A DNA stretch of 64,000 bases from contig DXJO01000018.1 in assembly GCA_019057475.1 (NCBI GenBank), forward strand, positions 66,348-130,347. Reading direction: 5' to 3'. The stretch comes from Candidatus Thorarchaeota archaeon (lineage in GTDB: Archaea > Asgardarchaeota > Thorarchaeia > Thorarchaeales > Thorarchaeaceae). A program made the position numbers and the translations under genes. The notes beneath the pieces are model-generated. The model was given only the letters and a program-made list of their open reading frames with translations, did no database searches and was not told the DNA's origin. Position 1 is the stretch's first letter. Every line of letters starts with the position of its first letter. Positions 31,794 through 41,302 of this stretch are shown piece after piece.

Positions 31794-32420
31794 ATGGAGA
31801 ACAATGGACTTGAAAGGATAAGTAAGATGCTAGAGATAGCACATACTGACGCCGCTGTATTTCCACCTACGGACCTTTATAATGAGGGTTGGATGCTAAG
31901 GATTTTACTATCAATCCAATCAGAAGGGGTAGAATGCTTCCCTTTTACTTTTCAGCCTGGAGCAAGATGGTTTTCAGAAGCACAAATCGGTTCTCCGTTT
32001 CTTCCTCGTTTCCGAGGAGATCCACTAGCTGAGCGTCATACACATCTTGATGGAGCAATTGGGCATTTTGCTTTTCAGTCTGGAACGAAGACAGGGTTAA
32101 CACTCACAGCTGATTCAAAGCAATTCGTGGTTACTGAAGCGAAGATGTTCAGCCCCTTATCCAAGGGAACAAAGAATGCCAAGTACTATGACCAAGCCAC
32201 TCGAACAATTGCATGCATCGCTTGGGCAATTGGCCTATCAAACAGGTTTGTGGATGATTTCGTGTCCCTTGGCTTTTATGTTATTGCCCCACATGAGCAA
32301 ATTACAGGAGGCATTTTCTCATCGCAGGTCAATAAGTCAAGTATTAGAGAAAAAGTCAAGCTTCGCATCAGTGTTTACTTAGACGACGATAAAAAATACG
32401 ATGAGTTGCAGATGTGGTAG
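31794..32420 (+). CDS. PD-(D/E)xK-type hypothetical protein, probably prematurely terminated
   Basis: THLDG...TEAKMFSPLS...DQATR; the frame continues after the TAG. Confidence 0.55.
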   Translation: MENNGLERISKMLEIAHTDAAVFPPTDLYNEGWMLRILLSIQSEGVECFPFTFQPGARWFSEAQIGSPFLPRFRGDPLAERHTHLDGAIGHFAFQSGTKTGLTLTADSKQFVVTEAKMFSPLSKGTKNAKYYDQATRTIACIAWAIGLSNRFVDDFVSLGFYVIAPHEQITGGIFSSQVNKSSIREKVKLRISVYLDDDKKYDELQMW

Positions 32421-32459
32421 AAGGATTTCTTCATTCCCGCTCTTGAACATATTGATATC

Positions 32460-32630
32460 CGCAGGTTCTCACTGGTCGAAACGGAATTCGAAAAGAAGGC
32501 GCGTGGGGGTAAGAGAAGAAGAGAAATCGGTAAAACTGACTATCAGGCTAGAGGAGTGATGTACCTCCCAGAAGAGTTTCGATTCTCATATCTGATGAAA
32601 TTGCCTGAGAAGAGCGATATTGGGAAGGAG
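32460..32630 (+). pseudogene. hsdM: Type I RM HsdM N-terminal fragment
   Basis: RRREIGKTDYQARGVMYLPEEFRFSYLMKLPEKSDIGK resembles HsdM N-terminal sequences. Confidence 0.6.
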
Positions 32631-32808
32631 TTTGGTGTTACTTCCTGCAGCTTCATGATTCTCAGAGAAGAAGTGTAACTGCATTAGGACCCCTCTTTCC
32701 CTCCATGGCATTCGGTACTTCAGTTGCCAGTAGTGCCGTTCGACATTGATGGTAGTAAAGAACAGAAAAGCTCAAATCTTGGGTGATGGATGCTCGCACG
32801 AAGGAACC

Positions 32809-34479
32809 ATGGTCCACATCACGGCTGACTACATCAAATCCGTCTTCAATGAAACAATACGCAAGAATGTTTTTGTCGATCTATCAGGCAGGACATCTCT
32901 TTTAATTCCGACATATCTGATTCTCAAGATGATTGGCGTCAACAAGCATAGCGCTGTGCCGTACAATGAAAATACCGCCAGAGACGCAGCGTTTCTCTTG
33001 CATACACCCTATCTAAGTACTGAGGCCCATCCGCTAGAGAAGTACCTAATCAATCCATTCCACAAGTCCTACCTGAAGGCATTCGGAAGTAAAGCCTTTT
33101 GGCGGGCTGAATCTCTCGACGATTATGTGAAGTTGGGAAGACACGGGCTCTGCAACAACTACGTTGGTGGTGGCACAATCTGGGATCGGATACTTGCAAC
33201 AAGCGAGAAGACTCCTATTAGATTCCGAGCGAACTACATCGAAGCAATCAAGAAGGAGTGCGGGATATCCTACTCGAATCGGATTGACATCACCCAACTA
33301 GCTGCTTGGTGCTTCCGGGAGCTCGATTTCGACGGCGCACCTTCTGCTTCGAGGACAACGCAAGACGTAATTGAAACGTTTCTTGGAACATTCAACATAA
33401 CGGAAGAAGAGCAAGATGCGCTCTTTGAGATAACAGGAGAATCGATTCAATTTAATTTGGCACCCTTAGACATGACCGAGGTACGAAGGGAATGTTTCAA
33501 TCTCGATTCAAACGCGGATATTGTCATGGAGCCCCTCCTTCAACAGAATGAAATCAACATAGAAAGGCGAGTGCATTTTATGAGTATCAACCCAAGCATC
33601 GAAGTCATAAGCGAATTACTCAGGATTAAGAAACAGATTATCCTTTTCGGACCTCCGGGTGTCGGAAAGACATGGATAGCAATGGAAATCGCAAAGGTGT
33701 CGGAATGGAACGGAAATGTAGAAGTCGTTCAATTTCATCCAACATATGGGTTTGAGCACTTCATTGGCGGATTCTTCCCTGCAAGTGACACCGAGATTAC
33801 AAAGGCAGACGGAGGAGAAGTGGCTGCTGATACGGGAGCTCCACTCAAAATCATCTACAAAGAAGGGGTCCTACCTAGGCTTGCCAAGGTTGCGGAAACT
33901 AACCCAGCTCTCCTCATCATTGATGAGATTAACCGCGGCAATTTATCGCAAGTATTCGGGGAAACCATCATGGCACTTGACAGAGACTACAAAGTCGTCA
34001 TAAGTTCCCACCCACGAGAATGCGAACTGCAACTCCCAGAGAATCTACATATAATTGGCACAATGAATTCGACCGATAGAAGTATCGCAATTGTGGACTT
34101 TGCAATTCGTCGGAGATTCGCGTTCATTAGGCTGGAACCAGATGCTAGGATCATTCGGGAACACTATAATAACAAGACAAAAATCGAAGAGGATAGTCAG
34201 AGTTTTGATCTTGTCGATCTGTTCGAAAGGATCAACTCCAGAATCTTGCGGAGCCCTGCACTGGGGAGAGACTTCTTGATAGGTCACTCCTACTATTTGC
34301 TACCTGACAAGGATTTTAGGTCGCTCGAGCGGACATTCAACTTCTCGATTCTACCACTAATTGAAGAGTACTCTTATGGGAATCCATCACTTCTAGTTGA
34401 GCTGCTTGGGGAGAACCTGCCAAAGAGACTGACTGGCGAAGTCCTTCTAGGGGCGATTATGGACTTCCTGGAGGAGTAA
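32809..34479 (+). CDS. mcrB: McrB-family AAA+ GTPase with an unrecognised N-terminal domain
   Basis: GPPGVGKT, VQFHPTY, IIDEINRGN, MNSTDRS, RRRF, IGHSY. Confidence 0.92.
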   Translation: MVHITADYIKSVFNETIRKNVFVDLSGRTSLLIPTYLILKMIGVNKHSAVPYNENTARDAAFLLHTPYLSTEAHPLEKYLINPFHKSYLKAFGSKAFWRAESLDDYVKLGRHGLCNNYVGGGTIWDRILATSEKTPIRFRANYIEAIKKECGISYSNRIDITQLAAWCFRELDFDGAPSASRTTQDVIETFLGTFNITEEEQDALFEITGESIQFNLAPLDMTEVRRECFNLDSNADIVMEPLLQQNEINIERRVHFMSINPSIEVISELLRIKKQIILFGPPGVGKTWIAMEIAKVSEWNGNVEVVQFHPTYGFEHFIGGFFPASDTEITKADGGEVAADTGAPLKIIYKEGVLPRLAKVAETNPALLIIDEINRGNLSQVFGETIMALDRDYKVVISSHPRECELQLPENLHIIGTMNSTDRSIAIVDFAIRRRFAFIRLEPDARIIREHYNNKTKIEEDSQSFDLVDLFERINSRILRSPALGRDFLIGHSYYLLPDKDFRSLERTFNFSILPLIEEYSYGNPSLLVELLGENLPKRLTGEVLLGAIMDFLEE

Positions 34480-34504
34480 CGCGACTTGCAAGAGGGACAG
34501 TTCA

Positions 34505-35743
34505 GTGCTGAAAATTGACACATACCTAGACAATCAGACAATTCCTTTGACTGAGGCGGAATCGCAGGAGCTCAGAGAAATCGGCAGAAAGCTTGAGATT
34601 AATCTGACCTTAGAGAATACGGATCAAGGCGTTGTCTTCTCACCTAACGGTCTGGTTGGTTCTGCGGCCCTTTCGACTCGCACAATAGTCATAGCTCCGC
34701 GCTATAGGGTTTTTGATTTCGATGTAATACTCCGGATGTGGCATTATGTTGGCTTTGGAAGGCTTGATGTGCCCAAGTCAGAAGTGGGTGCCACCATCAG
34801 CGATTTCTCCAAGTACGTCGTTTCCCTGTTCCTTTCCGAGCTTGACCGCTTGGTTAATCTGCGGGGTAGTTACATACAACATCAAGAGGAGATATCACAT
34901 TTCAGAGGTCGAATGAAGTTCCCTGAGCAAGTAGTCATTAGATCGCTAAACCCCTCTCGCTTCTTCTGTGTATTCGATGAATTCACACTTGATAATCCAA
35001 TGAATCAGCTACTTCTTCTGGCCCTAGAGAAGGTTTTCCTCTCTGGTCTGGCCGATGACAGGCCGCATGTGATCGCTAGACTTCTCAAGCGATTCGCCTT
35101 CATCAGAACGAGCGCACTACCCTTCAGCAGGGCTGAGATTGATGCTGTAATCAACCAGGCCAAGAGTTCCGCGCTGGATCGGCACTATGAATTCGCGCTA
35201 TCACTGGCCAGGATTATAGTCTTGGATATGGCCTCTGCTGCAAGGGGTGAAGGGGGCCTAACACAAGCCTTTCTACTGAACTACAATCTACTCTTCCAAG
35301 ATTTCGTCACAAGAATCCTAGTTCACTTCACGAATCTCGATCTCAAATCCGGTCCCGACGTGGACTACTCATATTGGACAGACGAGAACGATGTTGATCA
35401 CAGGCGTTTCATACGACCCGATATCGTTCATGGCTACAACGCAAAGGAAAAGGTATGCCTGAGTGTCTTGGATGTTAAGAACAAGGTCCCACCTCAGAAG
35501 GGGGATTACTTCTCGCCAAGCGACATCTATGAGGTTTTTTTCTATTCCCGTATATTGAAGGCGGAAAACATACTCCTAATCTACCCCATCAACATGGCAC
35601 GTGACCATTACACACTCAATCTAGTAATGGATGATCAAGCAGTCAGAGTAACGGCTGTTTTTATTAACCTGCGGCAAGACACATCGGCCAACTTCCACCA
35701 TGAGGTTAAGAGATTCTCTAGCGCGGTTGAGGCGCTGCTATAA
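34505..35743 (+). CDS. mcrC: McrC-family nuclease subunit
   Basis: FDEFTLDNPMNQLL, LFQDFV, IRPDIV...LDVKNK; follows mcrB. Confidence 0.88.
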   Translation: MLKIDTYLDNQTIPLTEAESQELREIGRKLEINLTLENTDQGVVFSPNGLVGSAALSTRTIVIAPRYRVFDFDVILRMWHYVGFGRLDVPKSEVGATISDFSKYVVSLFLSELDRLVNLRGSYIQHQEEISHFRGRMKFPEQVVIRSLNPSRFFCVFDEFTLDNPMNQLLLLALEKVFLSGLADDRPHVIARLLKRFAFIRTSALPFSRAEIDAVINQAKSSALDRHYEFALSLARIIVLDMASAARGEGGLTQAFLLNYNLLFQDFVTRILVHFTNLDLKSGPDVDYSYWTDENDVDHRRFIRPDIVHGYNAKEKVCLSVLDVKNKVPPQKGDYFSPSDIYEVFFYSRILKAENILLIYPINMARDHYTLNLVMDDQAVRVTAVFINLRQDTSANFHHEVKRFSSAVEALL

Positions 35744-35763
35744 TTCATTGGCAGCAACTGAAA

Positions 35764-35943
35764 CTAGGTCTTCTCCAAAACTCTAAGGACAGACTGGATG
35801 CTTCCTTCCAGCGACTTCACCCTTAGCTGAAGAGCCAATACTTCCTCCATTAGGTAAGTCAGCTTCTCTTCAATCTCCATTATCCCGTCAGAAGTCATCG
35901 GGAAGCCACTTGAATCCCTGTCAGCTTTCTTCCACTTTGGCAT
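35764..35943 (-). CDS. Small coiled-coil protein (59 aa) downstream of the methyltransferase
   Basis: Manual translation MPKWKKADRD...IEEKLTYLMEEVLALQLRVKSLE; ATG 11 nt after the MTase stop. Confidence 0.55.
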   Translation of the reverse strand: MPKWKKADRDSSGFPMTSDGIMEIEEKLTYLMEEVLALQLRVKSLEGSIQSVLRVLEKT

Positions 35944-35954
35944 TTTCTTCCGTC

Positions 35955-37376
35955 CTACGTTTCTTTTTGGAAATAGAGAATGCTCTCTCTAAGGGCAAAT
36001 GTGCGTCTGATTCCAGACCGTCTTGTGCGGTCAATCTCTATGCCAGTTGGGCGGTATCCAATCTTCTGCGCTATCATCATGGTAATCAAATCGGTTGGAA
36101 CATAAACGTCGAGGATTAGCGAGTCTCCTACGACCCACGCCACTCTGGCACCGTCATTAATGGACTTGTACATATTGCTGAGAACCAAGTGGATATCCTC
36201 AAAGTACTTCCTAAGTAACATCGGATAGTCCTTTCTTCTGATACCGATTCTCTCTCTCATTCTTGGTTTGCTGGCTGCAATAATATAGTCGAGCCAGTCA
36301 ATCGAGAGGAGGGGGGGTTGTTTTGCGTATGACTTCATCATTGATCTGGAAACGTTGTCACACAAGACCATACGGTCGCGGAGTTTGCTAAGGTCCTTTG
36401 TGGAAACAGCATCCTCCATCCAGCCTATCTCTAGCTTGTAGTTTCCAACGTAGTCGAAGCTATTGAGGTACGGTGGTGAGGTTATGACTGCATCAATTGC
36501 GATATCCTCAGGCAAAGCAAATGCCTTAGAGTCTTCACAAAACGAAATGGACCTTCCCTGTTTCTCCACCTTCGTCTGCACGAACTGAAGATCTCTGACG
36601 ATTTCCTTGATCTTCTCTCTGAACAGCTGGAATGGTAGGTCTGGGTACAGCTTCTTGGATTTCTTCTTATCGTAGCCGATTGACGGTGATCTTCTCAAGT
36701 TGCTTGATGGCAGAAGGACACTCGCAAACGCCAGCTCGAAGTAGCATCTAAGGCGTGGGTCATCCACCAATCCTACCTGTTCCTTTATCCTTAAGATATT
36801 CTCAAGTATCTCAGGCTGAAATTGCCTTTCTGTTTTGAGGAAGGCAGGAGGTTCCACTGACGCCTTCTTTGAGAAGTCCATCGCGTCATACTGGCGCTGT
36901 ATCTCTCTCGGATCAGTATCCCATGATGTCTTTGTCAAGAGCACTCTGAAGATTGTAGGATTGATTTCGATACCAACAGAATCTATGCCTTTCATCATGG
37001 CAGCAACGTTGACGGTGCCAGATCCAGCAAAAGGGTCAAGTATCCGGTGATCGGAAGATAGCCCGAACTGCTCGATTATGTCATAGACGAAGCTCTCAGA
37101 GAAGCCTTCTAGGTAGCTGGTCCAACGATGAATTGGCCTCTGTTTGTTGTTTGCGAAATTCAAACCGCGGTTCAATAACCGATGAGATATCTCAATGTCA
37201 GGAAATCTAAGCTTGAACTCATGGAGGTAAGTGTCAGGCGTCTTGAAATGATGACCGATTTCCTTCCAAAGGGTGTAGTTGCGACTGTAGAACGACATGA
37301 CATCTCTAACTATCGAGCTCGTTTGGCCCTGTCCTGTGTCCATGAAATCCTCCAGCGTTTTCATGTTGCTAACCAC
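35955..37376 (-). CDS. Amino-DNA methyltransferase (SPPY, probably N4-cytosine)
   Basis: LDPFAGSGT followed by ITSPPY. Confidence 0.9.
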   Translation of the reverse strand: MVSNMKTLEDFMDTGQGQTSSIVRDVMSFYSRNYTLWKEIGHHFKTPDTYLHEFKLRFPDIEISHRLLNRGLNFANNKQRPIHRWTSYLEGFSESFVYDIIEQFGLSSDHRILDPFAGSGTVNVAAMMKGIDSVGIEINPTIFRVLLTKTSWDTDPREIQRQYDAMDFSKKASVEPPAFLKTERQFQPEILENILRIKEQVGLVDDPRLRCYFELAFASVLLPSSNLRRSPSIGYDKKKSKKLYPDLPFQLFREKIKEIVRDLQFVQTKVEKQGRSISFCEDSKAFALPEDIAIDAVITSPPYLNSFDYVGNYKLEIGWMEDAVSTKDLSKLRDRMVLCDNVSRSMMKSYAKQPPLLSIDWLDYIIAASKPRMRERIGIRRKDYPMLLRKYFEDIHLVLSNMYKSINDGARVAWVVGDSLILDVYVPTDLITMMIAQKIGYRPTGIEIDRTRRSGIRRTFALRESILYFQKET

Positions 37377-37597
37377 GGTGTTATTCTACTAAGCTACCTG
37401 TCCTATATGATGTTTCGAAAAATGGCATTTAAACCCATAAGTCGCACCAGCAGATAGCGATTGCATACGATTTATTACATGCAGGTAGTGTCTGTGCTTT
37501 GGTGGGTTGAAGATGGCAACTTCAAGGATTGAAGCTCTACGGAACAATCTATTGGATTCTACGACAAGTTTGTACCTTGAGAAACCTGTCTGCCCCC

Positions 37598-37717
37598 AAG
37601 ACATTCCTGGTCATCACTGACAAGGAGCGACGTGTGGCGCAGAAGATCAGGGAGATTCAGGAGATCCTCGAGAAGGACTAGCGGATGAACCAGGTGCGAA
37701 GGCGCACTTCAGCAGCC
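37598..37717 (+). repeat. Junction repeat copy 3 (full A plus the start of B)
   Basis: A matches 27720-27794; 37674-37717 matches 40187-40230 at 43/44. Confidence 0.9.
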
Positions 37718-37774
37718 ACATGGAGCATGACGATTCATAGACTACATGCTGATAAATCATTTAAGTAAGGGCAA

Positions 37775-38896
37775 ATGATGGCGGAACGGGACTGGGCCGT
37801 GTCGTATGATCATGCTGCATTCTCAGGAAGAATACACACAGCCTACAAGCATAAAATCCTGAGAAAGTATTTACATCCGTGGATGGTGATACTCCGTTCG
37901 ACAAGCCCCACGATTGCTTATGTTGATTGCTATGCAGGTCCAGGAATCTACCCTGATGGGACTGAGGGGTCCCCTCTCATTGCACTGCAGATAGCCGATG
38001 ATGTCATGTCGAAATACGGTTGTAGAATCTGGTGCATATTCAATGACCGGGATGAGAGGGTCATGGAGCAGCTACGGAACTCTTTGCGAGATCGCTATGA
38101 ATGCGAACAGGTGCTAGTATTCTCATCTCAGACTGATGCGAGAGATTGCGTGGACCAAATACTCAATGATGAACGGTTCGCAAGTAACGGAAGACTCAGT
38201 GTACCGATGTTCTTCTTCATAGACCCTTTTGGATTGAATGTACCCATGCAGATGCTCAAGAGGATCATGGAGCAACCAAAGACAGAGATACTTGTCACGT
38301 TTATGGTCAAGGACGTAGTTCGATGGGGAGAAACTCATGCGTACGAACAGACTATGAAAGAACTCTTCGACCATCCAAGTCCACTAGATTTGATTGAACA
38401 GGCTGATGGCAGGGACTTCGAGCAGCAGGCAATCAATGCGTTCGTAGGCAGGCTGCATACTCATGCTGGCGTCAAGCACGTAATCAAATACAGAGTCTTC
38501 AATGAGCAGGAGCGCAGGACTCTGTTCTATCTTGTTCACGGGAGTAACCACTTCAAGGGCTTCAAGTTGATGAAAGACATCATGTACAAGATTGGACTTC
38601 TTGGTGCTTTTGCATATCTCGGTCCAGACCATCCAGACGAGGCGCAGACATTCTTGGTGCCATCGTTTGGAGATCCAGAGCTTGAGCAATTGAAGAGGCT
38701 TCTGGTAGAGAAGTATCCTGGCATGAGCACATCCTTTGGAATAATCCTTGAAGACATGTACGCAGAGGTCCCGTTCATTGAGAAGCACTTCCGTGCTGCA
38801 CTTCTGGGTCTTGAAGAGGACGGGAAAGTTGAAATCTTCGGATTCAGACGTCGTAAAGGGACTTTGAAGAAAGGCCACGGAGTGAATTTTCTGTGA
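37775..38896 (+). CDS. tcmP: Three-Cys-motif partner protein (TcmP; MTase-like fold plus wHTH)
   Basis: HTAYKHKILRKYL, YVDCYAGPG, FFFIDPFG, YLVHGSNH.KG..LMK. Confidence 0.85.
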   Translation: MMAERDWAVSYDHAAFSGRIHTAYKHKILRKYLHPWMVILRSTSPTIAYVDCYAGPGIYPDGTEGSPLIALQIADDVMSKYGCRIWCIFNDRDERVMEQLRNSLRDRYECEQVLVFSSQTDARDCVDQILNDERFASNGRLSVPMFFFIDPFGLNVPMQMLKRIMEQPKTEILVTFMVKDVVRWGETHAYEQTMKELFDHPSPLDLIEQADGRDFEQQAINAFVGRLHTHAGVKHVIKYRVFNEQERRTLFYLVHGSNHFKGFKLMKDIMYKIGLLGAFAYLGPDHPDEAQTFLVPSFGDPELEQLKRLLVEKYPGMSTSFGIILEDMYAEVPFIEKHFRAALLGLEEDGKVEIFGFRRRKGTLKKGHGVNFL

Positions 38897-39012
38897 CCGG
38901 AACGAACAGAAGCCCTGTTGGAATAACTGGTAGTCAAGAGAATCCGACACATCTTTGGGTGAAAATGGGTGGTTCAAGTACGCTGCAGATACACGAGGAT
39001 AGGGTGTCCTGA

Positions 39013-40089
39013 ATGAAGGCCGTAGAAACGAAGGAGAATCCCGACCATGAGAGTCTGGCTGAAGACCTCATGGAGCAATACCATCATCAAGGAGTTCCAG
39101 TCATCGACCTGATCAAAGACTTGGCCAAGTCAGTCGAGTCACACATCATTGCAATGGCAGTTGTACTCTTGGAGCAGCAGGCGCGAGTCTATGTGGAAAG
39201 ACATCCTGTTCTTCATAATGGGAAGCTCCGACGCGACCTTCTCTCTTCAGACATCGTATACTTCGATACGTTCCCGAGCATCCGTCGGCGCACGCTGCTA
39301 TACAAAACTGCAGTCGAGTACGGCGATTTCACCATCAACCATGTGCTTGGCTGCATGCATGGGTGCCAATACCCATGTTATGCAATGCAGATGTCCAAGC
39401 GCTACGGGAGAGTCAAGAATGAGGAAGATTGGATGCATCCCAGGATTGTCGGGAATGCACTGGACCTGCTTGAGAAGGAGATTCCGCGTAACAACCATCA
39501 GGTTCGATTCGTTCACTTATCCTTCATGACTGACCCATTCATGCATGACCCGGTCAACTGCAGAGTAATCCCCTGGATTCAGGAGCTCACACTGAAGATC
39601 ATCGATAGGTTGAATCAGGAGGACATCAAGGTGACAGTGCTCACGAAGGGTCTGTTACCTGAGGTCTTGAAGGAATCTTATTTCAACACCGACAACGAAT
39701 ACGGCATCACACTGGTTTCCATGGATAGAGAGTTCCAGGATAAGTATGAACCATTCTCAGTGGATGCCACCAAGCGTCTTGCAGCCTTGAAGGAACTCCA
39801 TGATGCAGGACTGAAGACATGGGTGAGCATTGAGCCGTATCCAACACCCAACATCGTGAAACAAGACTTTGACGGGTTGCTTGAGAAGATTTCTTTCGCT
39901 GACAAGATCATCTTTGGCAAGTGGAACTACAATCCGATAGTTAACGGCTACTCGGGCCAGACGGAGTTCTACACGACTTGTGCTGACAGAGTTATTGAGT
40001 TCTGTAATGAACGTGACATTCTCTATCACATCAAAGAGCGCACGCCAAGAAGCAGCATTGAAACTCAGGACTTGTTTGCTGAGGAATAA
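39013..40089 (+). CDS. Radical SAM protein (spore photoproduct lyase-like)
   Basis: GCMHGCQYPCYA, FMTDPF, VLTKG, WVSIEP. Confidence 0.85.
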   Translation: MKAVETKENPDHESLAEDLMEQYHHQGVPVIDLIKDLAKSVESHIIAMAVVLLEQQARVYVERHPVLHNGKLRRDLLSSDIVYFDTFPSIRRRTLLYKTAVEYGDFTINHVLGCMHGCQYPCYAMQMSKRYGRVKNEEDWMHPRIVGNALDLLEKEIPRNNHQVRFVHLSFMTDPFMHDPVNCRVIPWIQELTLKIIDRLNQEDIKVTVLTKGLLPEVLKESYFNTDNEYGITLVSMDREFQDKYEPFSVDATKRLAALKELHDAGLKTWVSIEPYPTPNIVKQDFDGLLEKISFADKIIFGKWNYNPIVNGYSGQTEFYTTCADRVIEFCNERDILYHIKERTPRSSIETQDLFAEE

Positions 40090-40186
40090 CCCGTACGCGT
40101 CAGTTCTGGTGTTCAGGCAGTGGACAAATGATCCTGTGATATCTCCATCCCATTGCTCGACCACGCCATCATTCTTCAAGCCTTCT

Positions 40187-40360
40187 AGGACTAACGGATG
40201 AACCAGGTGCGAAGGCGCACTTCAGCAGCCTCATCCATCTCGACCTCGAGAGCCTTCTTCACTCTCCTGGAGAGGGCCTCGACATCCTTGCCCTCGGACA
40301 TCGTTCGAATGACAAGCTCATCAATAGCATTCAGAGTATCTATCCGCACCTGATTAGCAA
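40187..40360 (+). repeat. Junction repeat copy 4 (segment B)
   Basis: Matches 30078-30251 and ends at the same nucleotide. Confidence 0.9.
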
Positions 40361-40624
40361 TTCACTGTAGATGCTCGAAATCGATGATCGGTTTTCTTGT
40401 TCGCAAAGTACTCAAGGATGATTCCTGCACTGGGCTATTTGGTTTCATGCTGACGAGTCCGTATGCCTTCCTCGTGGAAAGTCTGGACATTCAAGAGTTA
40501 GCGCACGCGAACTTCTAGGACGCCACATTCACTTCCAAGGGCCATGTCTGCCCGAACTAATGTTGGAAATCAAGATTAGAAAAAACAGATTAAGAACTCA
40601 GGACGATGAATACAAGATGTATTC

Positions 40625-41176
40625 ATGACAGAGTTCTATCTTGATTTCGAAACGGTTGGGCTTGACCCAACTCACCACAAGATCATTACAATCCAGTTTC
40701 AGGAGCTCGACACAAGAACAGGGAATACTCGAGGACCCTTGCAAATTCTGAAAGAGTGGGAATCTTCGGAAGAAGAGATTCTGAAGAGCTTCATTGAGAT
40801 TCTGAACACAGCCGATCCTTGGAACTTTGTTCCAATAGGCTATAACCTACGGTTTGAGCTCTTCTTTCTGCAAGTTCGAGCCAAGAAGGTGCTTGGACAT
40901 GAACTAGCAAACAGATGGTTGTACTATGACCTGGCTAGGTTGGACATCCAGAGTGTCCTTGTAATGATCAATCATGGGATGTTCCGGGGGGCGACACTGG
41001 ATTGGTTCACTAGAAAGAAGGCATCTGGCAGAGATGTGCCGAAATGGTATAATGAGAAAGATTACGAAACGATTGAGGAGTACATTGCCGATGAAGCGAG
41101 AAGATTCATCCATGCTTACCAATTCCTGAAGAAAGCGCTTCCTCCGCTGATCAACGAGTATACACCACTGCCATAG
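40625..41176 (+). CDS. DEDD/RNase H-like 3'-5' exonuclease
   Basis: YLDFETVG, IGYNLRFE, YIADE. Confidence 0.75.
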   Translation: MTEFYLDFETVGLDPTHHKIITIQFQELDTRTGNTRGPLQILKEWESSEEEILKSFIEILNTADPWNFVPIGYNLRFELFFLQVRAKKVLGHELANRWLYYDLARLDIQSVLVMINHGMFRGATLDWFTRKKASGRDVPKWYNEKDYETIEEYIADEARRFIHAYQFLKKALPPLINEYTPLP

Positions 41177-41302
41177 CTGTTTACCTCCACTGCTGGGTAC
41201 ATGTCATGGTCGAAATTCCTAATGGCACATGATGTCCCAAGGATATAGAGTTCCGTGAGCGTGTGGCTTTCAATGAAAAGAGAGAGAGTCCCAGACTTGA
41301 CT

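Noticed and set aside
27720-40360. CRISPR array or IS copies as the explanation for the repeats
   Set aside because: The repeats are 75-205 bp coding fragments kilobases apart, with no spacers, terminal inverted repeats or transposase.
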